Shown one piece after another: positions 14,129 to 28,504 of a DNA stretch of 64,000 nucleotides (the stretch's first letter is position 1; each line of letters opens with the position of its first letter). The notes under the pieces were generated by a model, which made no database searches, was not told the origin of the DNA, and saw nothing but the letters and a program-made list of their open reading frames with translations. This DNA comes from Bigelowiella natans CCMP2755 (lineage: Eukaryota; Protista; Cercozoa): contig ADNK01000002.1 of NCBI GenBank assembly GCA_000320545.1, forward strand, positions 204,028-268,027. The letters run 5' to 3'. The translations under genes were made by a program, and so were the position numbers.

Positions 14129-15017
14129 TGATAAAGTGAAAATGAATCTCAAAGAAATATTTTCCTACTAGTACAATAAGTAGTACTACTATTATCACTA
14201 TTACTATTACTATTACTATCACTACTGCTGTATTCAGGAGCTCGAAATCGCAGAAGGAACATCACAATCAGGAGCAGGACGACTAAGTGTACTCCGTTGT
14301 TGATAATCTTCTACTACTACTTGCATCACCAACAGCACGCAACCTACCTACCTTCAAAGGTTGAACTTGATAGTCAAGAAGGCCTTCTTGATCACAGTCT
14401 CCACCACTTGGGCATGCCGTGCAAGCTACGAGCTCTCCATACTCGTTGTAACCTCCCTTTTCTTCCTCACTGTACGAGAAGAAGTCTTTGGTGCAAATAC
14501 ATTTTGTTCCGTTGACCAGGATGGAATTCATAGGACAAAAGTAGCACGATGTTTGGTTGTGGTTGGGTACTTGGAGTTTGCCACACTTTTGGCAGTGATC
14601 TTCGATAAAAACTTCCTGCCCCTTGCAGGGTGTCGTGCTGATATGCGTCGGTGCTGTCTCGAGATAATATGTGTACTTTGCAGAACGCTCAGTGGAGGGA
14701 AGAGACGAAGGAGTAGCGGATGCAGTTCGAACGATAGTTGTCCACGTGATTGCTGAAGTAGTTTTTACCAATAGCTTGGAATTTATCGGCCCAAACACAC
14801 TAATCACATATTATTGTTGTTATCAGAACAACATTATATCGACTACATCTTGATAGGATGATTCTCCCTTGCTCAATTGGCTGGTACGATGGGAGATCGG
14901 TTGGAAAACATCACGTGTCTTTCTATGATAACGACAATAGGACGTACAGCAAATGTTGCAGTGTGCTGTTTCAACTCGTACTATTCTATGTTTATACCAT
15001 AATCTCATCATCATTCG

Positions 15018-15048
<31 letters not shown>

Positions 15049-17966
15049 ATTAGCTTCCACATACTTAAACAAGTTGCCAGTTGTGCAGTCCTCCCCAAAG
15101 CACGCATGACCTCCATCAAACACCTGTGAGACTCGTTGATCTCTCACTCCTCCATACATGAAATAGGCACTTGAGTTGAGCATGGTAAGCTCTGCGGTAA
15201 CTTGGAAGGAAGAATCTAAACACTTAAGATTTCCATAGTAATCAAAGATCTCAAGGCGAAGAGGGCCTTTCAGATATTCCCCCGGCACTTGCTTGACTCC
15301 AGCTGTTGGGTCAAATCCTGACCATCTTATAGAGAAAGGACCGCTCGCAATATCAGAGCCTTCTTGTGCAGAATTTTGGATAAATTCAACATTTTCTGTA
15401 AGACTTGGCTTTGACTGTAGTGTGTCCCAAAAGATAGCACCCCCAGAGCCACCGTTTGCCGTATTATTGCGAAATATCGTAGTAGAAATGGTGATGGTAC
15501 TGCTACTACCAGTCGTATTAGTAGCAGTAGTACTGCCACTCGTTCCTTCCCCTCGATTCGTTGTTGTTTTCTTCGTCGAATTCACACACAGAAGGCCCCC
15601 CCCACGCAAAGGACCGGCTCTATTGCCATAGAAAGTTGAGTTTCTTATGGTTACCAACCCGTTTTCAACTAATGTCACGCCACCACCACCATAGTTGATG
15701 TGGCTTCGTGCTTGTGTTTGCGTAATAATCGACGGGGAAGAAGAAAAAGAAGAAGATGATGATGATAGTGCTTCTGCTGATGACGATACTGATGATAATG
15801 GACTCCATATGTCTAGAATCGAATTGTTCCTGATGGAATGAGAAAGTAACAGCATGAAAATAGAGTAACCGCATTGTAATCAATCATCATCATTGATTAT
15901 CACTAGTTAAATTCGTCGTTGTGTGTGTGTCTTCTTTTTGCTATCATGTATCATCGAAACAACTATTACTCAAATCGACATCGATGAAGGTCCATAGTCC
16001 CTAGATACGAGAAGACAGCTCCTCCTGAAAGCGTGCCGTAATTGTGCTCAAACGTACAATTTTCGAATCTGGTACTTGGTCTCTGCCTACAAGACCCTGA
16101 GACGCTAATTGCCCCCCCATAGATCGCAAAGTTTCTACGGAAAATTGACGAAGAAAGTTCTAAATTGCCCAAGTTATTAATAGACACCGCTGCACCTCTA
16201 TCGAACGCCCTATTATCTTGGAAGATACAATTAGTAATCTTCACATTCTTTGACAAAGATGATGGTGAGTCTTGCGGCTCAACATCGGCATATACACCAG
16301 CGCCTTCGATAGCTACATTGCTAATAAAATGACTGTTGCTGATATCTAGGAAACCCTCTGCTGTAGTCGTCGCTGTATATACTGCAGCACCAAAAGAACC
16401 TCCTCGGATGTGTTCAAAGTGCACATTTCTTATTTCAGCAACAGCCCCCTCGTAAAGGGAGACAAAAGCTTTTGCATCCGAGAATTCACCGGAAATCTTA
16501 GAATGTGAAAAACTGGAGTCTCTTGCTAAAAGGTGCGATTCTCCGTATAGTGCAAATCCAGCAATCGTTCCTCCAGTCGCGTTTTGAAGGCGCACACGCG
16601 TAAGCTCACAGAATGAATTATCAGTTAAATATACACCAGCAACATTAGCGGAGGAGACATGATTGATCCTTGTGTCAGTTATTCGCAACGTCCCACTCCT
16701 AATATATCAACAGTATTCCGCAATGGTTGCTCATTTAGGAAACTTCCATTCTATTTTTGTTCAATTCGTGGCGTGTGTATTCTGCCTACGCAACAATACA
16801 CTTTATACACGCACCAAACACTACAACTACCACTACTGATAAACAAATTAATAACAAACATCACCACCATAACATAGTTGCAGCACATGTAGTAACAGTA
16901 GTAGTAGTAGTAGTAGTAATAGTAGTAGTAGTAAAATTTGCACGAGCAGCAAGCAGCAGCAACCCGGAGACGTAGCCAACAGCTCCGGTAGTCTCTGCTG
17001 AAACCGATGCAATAAAGCTGCCTGTGATATTCACAGTAGCGGAGTCTTCCACAAAAGCTACACCACCATTCGAATCGATCACCAAACCAGAGATTGTTGT
17101 GTTCACAATTTCAGCTTTGGAGTCGCCAAGTGCATGAACCACCCCAGCATCTGAGAGGGAATTAATGCTTTCCAACGTGCAACCTACCATCTTCAACCGC
17201 GATCTCCTCCACATCCATACAAGGCCTGATTATGAATGTGATATTGTGATTGTGATGATGAGAACGATCGAACGTGGGAAACAAAGGGAACAAGCGGGTA
17301 TTCATTCACAGGAGGATCACTCCGTGTTATTAGTAATAAATAGGTATTAGTAGTAGATGTTCTGATTGTTTTAATAAGCATGAAAGAGACTTGAACAACA
17401 ATCATCACCAGCTGTTGAGGAAGTGATGTAGCTTAAAGTGGAGTCTCTGATGGTTAGGAAAGAATTATCTCCAAACAATTCCACAGCAGCTCTTCCACTG
17501 ACATGAACGGCAGTGATCGTAGAGTTGTTAATATCCATAGTAGCTTCGTGAGAGATATACGCAAGTCCTGAACTACTGTCGGCTGCTATGTTTTCAATTG
17601 AGCAGTTGTCAATATATGTACGCGTCGAAGGGTACATGTAGAAGAGGCCGGAAGATCCGATGCTTGTGGCATTAAAAGTAGAATTTATCACTGAAAGGGT
17701 ACTCCCCGTTTGAAGGAGGAACAACCCATCAAATGTCACTCGATTTCGGTGAAATATCGACGAATGAATCGAAACTGTAGTGCTCTTGAGGCCCTTTAAC
17801 ACTCCTCCAGAGTTGCCAGAAACGTTGTAGAATGATGAGCCATGAACTGATAACAGAGAATTGATGAAAATAGACCCGCCTTCAGTGGCAGAACTACTGT
17901 GAAAGGAGCACGAGGAGATCTGGCATCGATCGCAATATATGTCCCTGATGTGATGAATTCAAGATT

Positions 17967-18002
<36 letters not shown>

Positions 18003-18079
18003 GTAGTGCTAGTGCTGCTGATGATGACTGGTAGTGTTGATGACTCTGATGGGCCTCTTTTAACATAATTTAATAAGAA

Positions 18080-18144
<65 letters not shown>

Positions 18145-18491
18145 GACAAGTGCGACGATGTAGTTGTTCGTCTCCTTCTTCTTCTTCATCATCTTCTCCG
18201 TACCCTCCATCATCACTAGCCTTGTTGGATTCAAATTGACACCCAAGGAAAACAAACCCTTTACTTCCTGTTTCATAACTCTGTACTTTTACTGCGCCTC
18301 CAAGCTGATGATGATGAGTAGTAGTAAGTGTTGTGTTTTATTCTGGCTTAGTAGCATAGGACGGTCATGATGATGATGATGATGATAATGATGTACCGTC
18401 GCAGAGTTTGATATGAACTTATTGTCTTCAAATGCGACGTTGGTAGGATGCAAAACAGGAAGGTATATTGCCCTGATGATGACGATTATTG

Positions 18492-18527
<36 letters not shown>

Positions 18528-20957
18528 GTGACGGTAGATGCACACACACACACACACACAGACAATGCATAACAATGACGATAAGAGACATCAAAATGGT
18601 AAAGATGCTGTTCCTTCCTTCTATTACAACAACAACTACTACTACTTCTGTAGTAAAAACTACAGATACAGAAAGGAATCGTTGAAATCTAGTAAGGATG
18701 GCATGAATCTTACTTGAAAGACTATGATTCGTTGGTTAGTTGTGATAGTACTCACCCCCCCATGCCACCTGCCTGATTCCTTTCAAATGTACAGCGCTTG
18801 ACAGCTACATTTGCTTTGACATCAGTAGCTATAGCACCGCCGTGTTGGGTTGCAACTAAGTCACTGAATACGGAGTCTAAGATATGCAATTGCCCCCCCT
18901 GATTCAAATATATTCCTCCCCCCATTATTGATGTAGCATGGCTGATATTGAGACGGCGAAGTGTCGGTGTTCTAAGGGTTAATCTTGGAAGATTATTTAT
19001 CATGATGGATCCTCCGGTTTCGATGTTGTAGGATGTGGAATGGCTCCGATATGACACCATACCGTTTATCGAGAGATGTCTGTTGTTAGTGTAGAAATGA
19101 TAATAATAACAACAATGAGCTTCTTGTTCTTGACTTCCTCATTATAATCATTATCACGATGAATGTTGCTGATGTAGGTGGCGGAAGTGGTGACTATACT
19201 ATTTTATGCTTTGTGAAGTCATATTACATCATCAAACATTTGTAACATATAACTAGTGGTTATTACTGCAGACATATCCATGTTTCGCAGTTGTCTTGAT
19301 CGTTTTATCGTAATGATGATTATTACCCATTCCGATGGTAGATATCACCACCCATATTCATTGCCTCTGCATCATAAAACTCAAGATCTTCCGCATATAG
19401 ACCAAAAGACGACTCCGTAGCAGCAATATGTATGGCTCCTCCTTTTATCGAGTAGGTATTCCTGAATACACTACGCCGAATGTCCAACCCCCAATCTGTG
19501 TAAATCGCTCCACCTCCACACAGCTCCATGTAGTCCTTTACAGCTGGGTCAAATGCCCTACTACCTTCAAAGACGGCGTCTTGGATGTCACCCATCCAAT
19601 CAAGATGAATGGACCCTCCCGTAAAGCTGGCTATTCCCATACGGCTCGAGATTCGTTGTGCACTGCAGTAAAGCCCTGCCCATATGTCACCTCCACTAAA
19701 TTTTGCATAGCTGTTATAGAATTGTACTTTTGAAAGAGTGGCATTCAATTTCGCAAAAATCGCTCCTCCGCTTTTTCCCGTGGCACATGAGGAGAATTTC
19801 GATTCAAGAACGACAAGATACCTACCTCCCCACAATGCCCCCCCATCAGAGGAGGCCGTGGAATTCGATACTGTCAGCCCAATGGCCTCTATTGACTCTG
19901 TTGCGTAACAGGCACCGCCACTTGATGCTATTGCAGTACTATTTGATATTTGCACGTTTGATATCCGCACTGGAGCAGCACCAGAGGAGCAGATTGTCCC
20001 TCCGGATGCACCAGCAACAGAAGACGTAAAATTAGAGCCGAAAACATCTAAGCTGCCACTAAGTGTGTGCAGAATCGCGCCCCTGTAGTGCAGCAGTAGT
20101 AATGTACATGTATAAGTTCGCTTAATAATAATGATAGTGCTTGATTCGATTTTAAATCACTTCTCAAGGTCTTAGAGGGGAGGAGGGAGAGAAAGAGGGA
20201 GAGAGAGATTAAGTATAGACGGCGGCTATATGTATTGTTACCCGGAAGAAACGCTCTTTGCGTGATAGAATGATGAATCTTTCACCTCAATTCGGCTATA
20301 ACACGTAGCGACCATATCACACCGTCTCCATGGCCTTGGTTGATGCTGTATCGAGGAATCAACGGGGTATTCACCCGCAAAGATAGAGCCACCACCACCA
20401 CCACCAGCAGCAGCAGCACCGTTACTACTTCCAGCACTTGAGTGCCAGGAGTTAACTCCAATAAAGCTAATGTTTATAGCGAATACATCCCTGGAGAGAG
20501 AGAGAGAGAGAGAGAGATTGGCGGGGAGGGATGGTACAGACAAGAAAAGCGGGGAGGGAGAAATCAATTAAAGGAACATTTTTGCACATTTTCCCGAAAG
20601 AAACCGTATGGTATTAGGTATCTAGTATAGTTTATTATTTAATATCCTCATCATCATCATGATCATCATTATTCTCATTATCATTCTCGTCTTCATTTTT
20701 GAACCATCTGTGTGCATATTGTGCCAATAAGCTATAATGTAGCGGTACCCTCCGCAAAGGTTCCCTGTGTTCTCCTTAAACACGGTGTTGCTTACGAAGG
20801 CAATCCTAGAAAGAATGTACAAACAATAACACGACGAATCAACGAATGAATGGACGACATGTGGTGTTGTGTATCTGATAAGGATTGATGATGAGCCATA
20901 TCTTCACTGTCTTATAACTATATAGTGTAGTCGGTCCCCCTTCTTAAACACCACCAC

Positions 20958-20989
<32 letters not shown>

Positions 20990-22644
20990 CCTTGATGTGA
21001 TTGCTCCGCCCCCTGTCTCAGCCCTATTGCTTATAAACCGAGACGTGTTACAAGAAACTTTCTCCGAAGCTGCAATAGCGCCCCCAGACCTACCGGTGAT
21101 AATGATGATGATGATGATATGATGGGGAAGATGATAACAGTACTAATTGTTTGTAGCTATTACCCAACTAGGGCTTGGCAGCCCTGAAAGAGAGAATTCC
21201 TGACTTGAACGTTCTTTGCATAAATTGCCCCCCCATGATAAATCGCCGCTTTATGGAAAAACTGCGAATCTTCGACTATTAAAGTTCCCGTGCTATTATT
21301 ATTATTATTAATTAATATTAATATTAATATTATGCAGAAGACAGAGTAGAGTATCATTGGTAAATATGTTTCAGATATTACTGTGACTCATCGAGAAAAG
21401 TGCTGTTACGTGCGTAATACGGTAAATATCGAGCTGCATTTTTTCTTCCAACTCACCCCGCATGGATGGAACCTCCTAGATGTGGAGATGCACGAGGATC
21501 TCCTCTCGAGGTAATGTTTCTCACAGCAACTAATACTAGTTCCGACATTTCTGGATCATCACCACCCGATGCTCCTCCAAGTTGAACAATGTCTCTGATT
21601 AAAATAAATCATATCAATCACGATCAAGACACCAGCGTCTGCTTCATCATTTGAGAAGAATATCGTCGAATAGAGGATATGTGAGAAAGTTAGCGCCTCA
21701 GCACCATAAGTGTTGTCATCACCACGACCGTCTTCGTTGTCGTCATCATCATCATCACCATCATGAGTATGATTATCATCATTATCATCATAAAATGCTA
21801 CTAGTATGAGTACGTACCCCGCATTGTTCTCAAACAAGGTGTTGGTGACGTTGATGATATTCCCCGCCACTGCTCGGGTATGAGTTGTGTCTCTAAATCC
21901 GATAAAACGACATTCACTGGCTACTATTTTATAACCAACAATTCCTTGATGTATGGATACATCATCTAGAGATCCTAACTTCTTGGTATCAGAGAAGTTT
22001 GACCGCTCAATCGTCATTTCGGCTCGCTGAGCTCCTCCTCCGTAGACTATACTGCGAGATGAATGCGCTTGGAAACTGCTTTCATCGATATCAACTGTGG
22101 TGTAGTTGTTTATACACGGGGGCGATAAAAAGACTACTGCACCGACTGGATTTTCGCAGAACCGAACATCCACAGATTTCATACTAATACTTGAGCGTGC
22201 TAAAAGATTTGCTTCATATAAGCAATCACCATACGGTGTTGTGCCCCACCTATCATATGCACTGTATTGCAATACTTTAGCGTTATCAACAACAACATCT
22301 TCAAAATGAGTTGTAGTTGTGTTAAGTCCCGAGATAGAGATAAGGGCTGTTTCTACAGTGGAGATATTCAAGAAACGTGCATTCTGTACTTGTATGAAGG
22401 AGGAGACGTTTGCACCGGAGGCAGTAGTTGTGGGGCAGTTGTTCGGATGATGATCAACTACTTGAGAACTCAATTGCTGTGTGATTATTAGTAGTAGATA
22501 TTAGATAACGATTAGAGACTCAGCGGTGGAAAATGTGAAAAGTAGCTCTTTATCATACTATTATTGTTGTCACCATCATCATCATCATCTTCTTCTTCTT
22601 CTTCTTCTTCTAAGGAAATGTGATTCATTGTTAGTTTCCTCTTC

Positions 22645-22684
<40 letters not shown>

Positions 22685-23599
22685 ATTCTTCTCTTACCTG
22701 CTACTTAACTTACTTACTTACTTACTCACTTACTCACCGGTGTTGGCGAATAAAAGGTGGGTGCAGCAGTTGCTGTGGATGTATTTCCCCCCTCCACCAT
22801 TAACAACACAACTCCCGTAGAGTCGGCCACGTAGATGTCGTCAGCAAGGAATGAGAAATGTGCTGTTCTTGCTACTGATGATGATGACGATGATGATGGG
22901 GGAGGTATAGGCCCGGATGAAAAGACGTGCAAAGGGCTGAAAGTGGTGAGAGATGTAACTCGTTCCATTCTTAGTCCTGATACTTCGTAGGAAAGGAGGG
23001 AGGTAGAGAGGAGGATATCATTGTTCAGAGGAGTGCTACTAGTATTTATCGTCGTCATCATGAGCGTGAAAAGAGATAAAGCCGGTCGTCCTCCCAGGAA
23101 CAAGTGATTATCACGTACCAAATCCGATAATTGTATTTTGGAAAGTGTGAGCTTAGATGTGTGGGATGGTGGCGGTGATAATGAGGAGGGAGATGAGGAT
23201 GATAGACTTGGCCGGAAATAAACTAAACCAAATTCGTTTAAGTAGCTTCTTTTGATCGATACATTGCGAAGATTAATTGAGAAGGAGGAGGACGTCGTAG
23301 TAGAAGCATTGGTTGTAGCCGTATTGGTATGATGGTAGGTGTGACCGTTATGGAGAAGAAGTGAATGACTGCAGTTTGAGATCTGAACATTTTCCATCGA
23401 CATCGTCCTCATGGAAACAGCAGACGATGAAAGTGATGACGAACGCAAAGCAATAAGCGAGGGAGCTTTCTCAAAAACGAGTCGGTCGGGAAACATAGTG
23501 GATATCACCTCTGATGACGGCGTGATAAGGCATGAAAAACCATACCGTCTTGAATCAAACCTAATATACGCACCATTAATAAATATCAACATATATATG

Positions 23600-23639
<40 letters not shown>

Positions 23640-25010
23640 CGCATCAGTATCAGCAGCAGCACCACCACCATCACATCGTATTCGGGAGATTATGTTCTCC
23701 CCCTTCTCTGCACCTCCTCTCTCTTCTCGCTCTCTCTTTCTCTCTGTTTCTCTTCCTCTTCGTGTCATCGTATTAGTCGTATTAGCCTCTACTAGGTACT
23801 ACTAGGTAGTAGTAGCTGCTACCCATATTGTGGAGCGAGAATATTATAGCATGGTGCAGCTGCAAGGGACTGTGCTGTTTCTTCTGACTTGACAGCTGCT
23901 TCCAGGCTGACGGCAGTAACAGTACCGTTATCCTCCGCCCTCACCTCCAAGAACCGAACTATGTTATCTCCTCCTCCTCCCACCTTATTACTAATGGCTG
24001 TAGATATGTTTCCAAGAAACAGTTGCAGCTCAGTTGTATCTGGTGGGGGGGCAGGGTATTGCGGAAATCGAATGTGGAGTCTAACTTTGAGTTTGGGCGG
24101 TGTGAAGAGAGGTAAGGAGGGTACATTTGAAAAGTGGATATGTTCTAAACGTATGGTGCTTGTTCCTCCTCCTCTCACCACATCCCTTGACGACAAGGTG
24201 AAGTGATTGTGTGTGCTATCACTAGTAGTGCTTCTAACATCATCTTCCAAAACAATATGACTGAGCCTGCTGTTCGTTACTCGCAAATCAGATACTACTA
24301 CTTCAAAAAGAGGTTTCACAACAGCAGCAGCAGCGGCAGCACTTGATGATTCTCTTCTGAGTATGCTGGTTGGCAAATAATCAGTAGGCCCTATTATTCC
24401 TGAAATGTGCAGCAGTGCTATTGTTGTTACTGATGTGGTGGTTGTGTTTTGGGGGAGTGAAGACGAAGATGATGATGACGAGTAATAGGCTAATAATCTC
24501 TGTTGTTCTACTTCGTCAGTAAGAAAGTCATCGATGTAGCTATTTTCGTAATTAATCCCTGACATCTCAATTCGAGTAGTGGTGGTATTAGCGCCCCCAC
24601 CACCACCACCACCCAAAATAGCAACATGAGACACAATCATGCTTTCTGACAAGTAGGAATAGTGATCATTCGAGTAGTTCTTCTGCAGCTTGCATCCTAT
24701 ATAGCTCACTTCTTTCAGGGAAATACTGCTGCTGCCTTTGCCATAGCCACCATCTAGTTGCTGCAGTAAGATGGTTGTTGCGCCGATATTTTCGGTAAAA
24801 TTTAAACCAAATATTGAAATATTCATCAATGTCTTCATGAAGACGATGTTGTCGCCAACAAAATATGACGACGACGACGATGATGATGATGATGATGATG
24901 ATGATAATGATGGTGACGATGACAACGAACCATTTGCACTTTTCGTAAAACCACTCGTTGCCCTTATAAAAACTGCAGCAGTCGCATTATTCGTTGTAGC
25001 ATCAGCCGTG

Positions 25011-25045
<35 letters not shown>

Positions 25046-25614
25046 TGCTGTTGTTATTGTTCTGTTTACACTTTCGAATCTAACCCGTGAAAATGTCGTG
25101 TCTGAAACGCAGACCGTCATCGTCCTCGTTGTGTAATTATGATGATGATGCATAAGATCTATCCTGTCGGCAAGCATGACCTCTTTCAAGATTGCTGTGA
25201 TGTTGTTTTGAGGATGAGGTGGCTCCGCTACAAATGCTGCATCAGTGATAGTTACGTTAGAAACATGCAGGCCTATTGCCCGCAGAGTGCTGCCAGGAAC
25301 ACTTGTTCGTGCAATGAAAGCAATGCTAGAGGAGGAGAGAGCGGAGGAAGTGTGTTGTCCTCCCCCTCCTTGTATAGAGACGTCGATGAGAGTGAGAGAA
25401 GAAGGGTTTGACGAGGAAGAAGAGGGTAGGAACCGGCTATTTTCCAAATAAAACAATCCGTCATTGTGATGATGACGACTATCAGATGGCGGTAAATCTG
25501 ATATAGTTGAATTAACGATGAAAATGTTGCCAGTTCCAATTAAATGCAGTGGACCACAATTCGCCAGTATTCCGAACGAAATTACAACCTGAAAGATAAA
25601 CTAATGTCATAAAA

Positions 25615-25671
<57 letters not shown>

Positions 25672-25704
25672 TACTCCTCTCTCTCTCTCTCTCTCTCTTC
25701 TCAT

Positions 25705-25747
<43 letters not shown>

Positions 25748-26084
25748 TGATATCATCGTATTATACACTAGTATTCAAGTATTTGTATTAGCTGTTTTGC
25801 ATCATCTTTGAAAATAATATTTGATAATCTAAATCTCAACTGTAGGAAACTTTAATCTAGAATATGTTAGTTAGTCTTTATTTGATGAAACGACGATGAA
25901 TACTACATTTTCGAATCTGATCGAGAAGTTTTGAGGCACCGACTGCGTGGCATTGTAGTTGGAAGCGTTGCTGCTAGCAGATAACCATGGATTGAATGAT
26001 GGTGTTATGCTTGCCATCCCCAAAGCTTCAGAGTCACTAAAGCACGTAATAACACTGCTGGGACCATCGCCTGTTATTCCGATA

Positions 26085-26126
<42 letters not shown>

Positions 26127-26201
26127 ATAAATATTCACTCAAGTTGCTTCGATAAAGATATAGTACTATAACTACCATGGCGGTGGTGCACAAGGGCGTA
26201 A

Positions 26202-26250
<49 letters not shown>

Positions 26251-26584
26251 CATTATGTCGTGTTCCATACGTTGCAAAGATGCATGATGAATGAATATAA
26301 ACATCATTTCTCTTCATCTTAGAACTATCGTGCCACTCCAATTTTCTTTTTCCTCATCGCAATAATACCAATAATGACGACATTTTGTCTCCTCCTCCCA
26401 TCTTCGTCGATTAGAGGCAGGTTCTGTGTCTGTGAATACTTTGTTGCGCTAGATGGAGAGTAAATACTAGGCCCCCCAAGCTGGTATGTGGTGTTAGCTG
26501 CCAAGGAAAAAGTAGTAGTAGTAGAAGTAGTGGTAGTGGTGGTGGTGCTACTGCTACTACTACTGCTGCTACTGAAAGAAGAAG

Positions 26585-26615
<31 letters not shown>

Positions 26616-26927
26616 GCCGACGCTCGTGGCCTTTGCTGCGGACACAGTTGGCACTGCGGTGTCGAAGAAGAAGAAGACAAAAAGTCCCAAAAGGAGCAAA
26701 GTGACGGTGGCCAGTCTACCATTTCTTTCATTAAAAAGACAGAGATGTATATACACAACCAATCAGCTAGAAGCAATGATCATACGACCCTAATTACTTC
26801 TACTTACACTTTGACTAACTTCACCTACTACATTGCCACTTTTGCCAGGCTACACTAACGAATATTACCTTGGCGCTTGTCTGCCAATTTTGCAGCCACG
26901 AGTAGTACAATGGCATTGTAAGGACAT
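11028..26927 (-). CDS. Giant multi-exon surface protein: signal peptide, Pmp-like GGA(I/V/L)/FxxN beta-helix repeats, Cys-rich CxxC repeats, C-terminal multi-pass TM domain
   Basis: First exon MSLQCHCTTRGCKIGRQAP(R), 26927-26869, splices in frame to LATVTLLLLGLFVFFFFDTAVPTVSA. Many repeats such as FRRNFAIYGGAI, FEHNYGTLSGGAV, FRNNTANGGSGGAI and ATQHGGAI. Cys-rich CQKCGKLQ..CYFCP..CTACPSGGDC. TM region with YPALVIRSFELFNC, DMSQRCY, LLYNGYKPEFYYFEIIVFARK and NPF. Last exon ends at 11028. That all exons form one gene is inferred. Confidence 0.8.
25614..25742. repeat. Compound intronic microsatellite (CT)n(GT)n(CT)n(AT)n, representative of dozens in the window
   Basis: Directly visible. Similar tracts at 1779-1810 (CA), 13814-13848 (GAT), 14083-14124 (GA), 17967-18002 (GAT), 26088-26122 (AT), 28461-28502 (CT) and 46884-46920 (CA). 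Confidence 0.95.
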
Positions 26928-27251
26928 GTGTCCAACTACTGCGACGGTTGGGAGGAGAAAGCTTTTAGGGATATTAAGCCTCCGCTGTAATAATTCGTGG
27001 GTGCTACTTTCTGCCTATCTACCCACCACCCGTGGTATACATCTGACGAATACAGAATGGAACTTATATGCGCGTAAGAGCAGCTTGAAGACCGGCTGAC
27101 CTTCGCCCTCCTGCTCCGGAGTGTTCTATTTGCGCTCGCCTCGGATTAGCAATGTGAGCATTATTTCACGTTGGTTTTGGGTCCTTGCGACAACGTAATC
27201 CCGTGCATAATCGTGTAAAATAGCCTGCGTTTTATCCTTTCTGCTTATTCA

Positions 27252-27764
27252 ATGACAGAACCCATCATGGCAGCATCCGAGCTCCAAGTGCACACACGCC
27301 TTCGCTTGGACATCGAGAATATGGTATTGATGTGTCTATGCTAGAAACCATCCTGTTGTTGTAATGCTACGCTGTAAAGCATATTCTAATCTATGTAATT
27401 GTGTTTTATAGACCAACGCGATCGAGGACTTGGCCAAAGACATCAACGGCAGCAACGACTCAAACGTGATAAATAATTTTGCTGCTTTCGAGCAAGTTTT
27501 TTTTTTTCTGAAGCAATGACAGTATTGTTGTCCAACTTAAACAATTAGATTAAAGCATCATTGGATGCAATGATAGCAGTGGACGAGGACGTAACCGCGA
27601 CTGAAAGGGTAACATGTAGATAGATAGCGCTCGCTTGCCAACGCCCATTTCAGCAGTGCAACTAAAAAGTTCCTTACTTATGCGTTGAATCTATAAAGTC
27701 GTTACAGCGGATGGAAATGCATCTTCAGGGGATACGTATTCTAATGAAAAAAATACGGAAGTAA
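27252..27764 (+). CDS. Small 4-exon coiled-coil protein (about 83 aa) resembling BLOC-1-related complex subunit 7 (BORCS7)
   Basis: Exons 27252-27323, 27412-27465, 27549-27608 and 27699-27764, joined by three phase-0 GT-AG introns, give MTEPIMAASELQVHTRLRLDIENMTNAIEDLAKDINGSNDSNIKASLDAMIAVDEDVTATERSLQRMEMHLQGIRILMKKIRK*. The GSxxS...M....D.....ExSLxxM pattern resembles BORCS7 as I recall it. Confidence 0.7.
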
Positions 27765-28457
27765 GTAGACGTATTCACATCCAAAGATGAGCCTATTTTT
27801 CTTAAATGCGAACACTGATGAGACAATCAACATATATAGCCTGGCACCATATACATAGCTCATGAGATTCACATAGACGTTGATGTGTACAGGCCAGCAA
27901 AGACAATACCAAACCTGATAGATAGAACCCCGCAGTGTTAAATTGCTATTATTTAGATGATGAGCAGACCATAATGCTGACACTAGAATGATGGCACATA
28001 TAGAGAGAGTAGTCGATCATCAGCCAGATCCATGCGGCTAGAAGTAATGGCAATAGGTCATGCTGTGTATATATGATGTTCTACGATTACAAATACAATG
28101 AACCAAGGACAACCGTTACGCAACGTTCCTGCATGCTACACGCATAATGACAAAATGTATAGATGTGGCGCATGTGTGCTATAGCTTCTGCACGTATTAT
28201 CACCACGATACAAAACGACCACAACTCATCGGAAATAGCAATCAGTACATTTGGCTGCTATGGAAGTACCTTTCTGTGATAGAGCACCGTTCCACCTTGC
28301 CCCTATTGTTATCGACGGCGGGGGCGAGGGGGGGGACACCGAACAACACGATGAAGAAATCACACATCAACGCCAAGTTCACGTAGTAGTATCATAGAAA
28401 TAGAGAGCGATCTATACTGTATACCGCCTTTTTAGCTACGCAATCTCACCCAAAAGT

Positions 28458-28504
<47 letters not shown>

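Noticed and set aside
13406-14139. Poly-Ile/Val/ER ORFs that look like membrane or coiled-coil proteins
   Set aside because: Translations of intronic microsatellites.
15966-19970. Bacterial (Chlamydia Pmp/autotransporter) insert or contamination
   Set aside because: Interrupted by spliceosomal introns with host-type microsatellites, and ends in alpha-helical TMs rather than a beta-barrel.
26763-26783. ATG followed by an in-frame TGA just before the signal-peptide ORF (possible readthrough, selenocysteine or pseudogene)
   Set aside because: An upstream exon (26927-26869) splices in frame via GT-AG to LATVTLLLL, placing this TGA in an intron.
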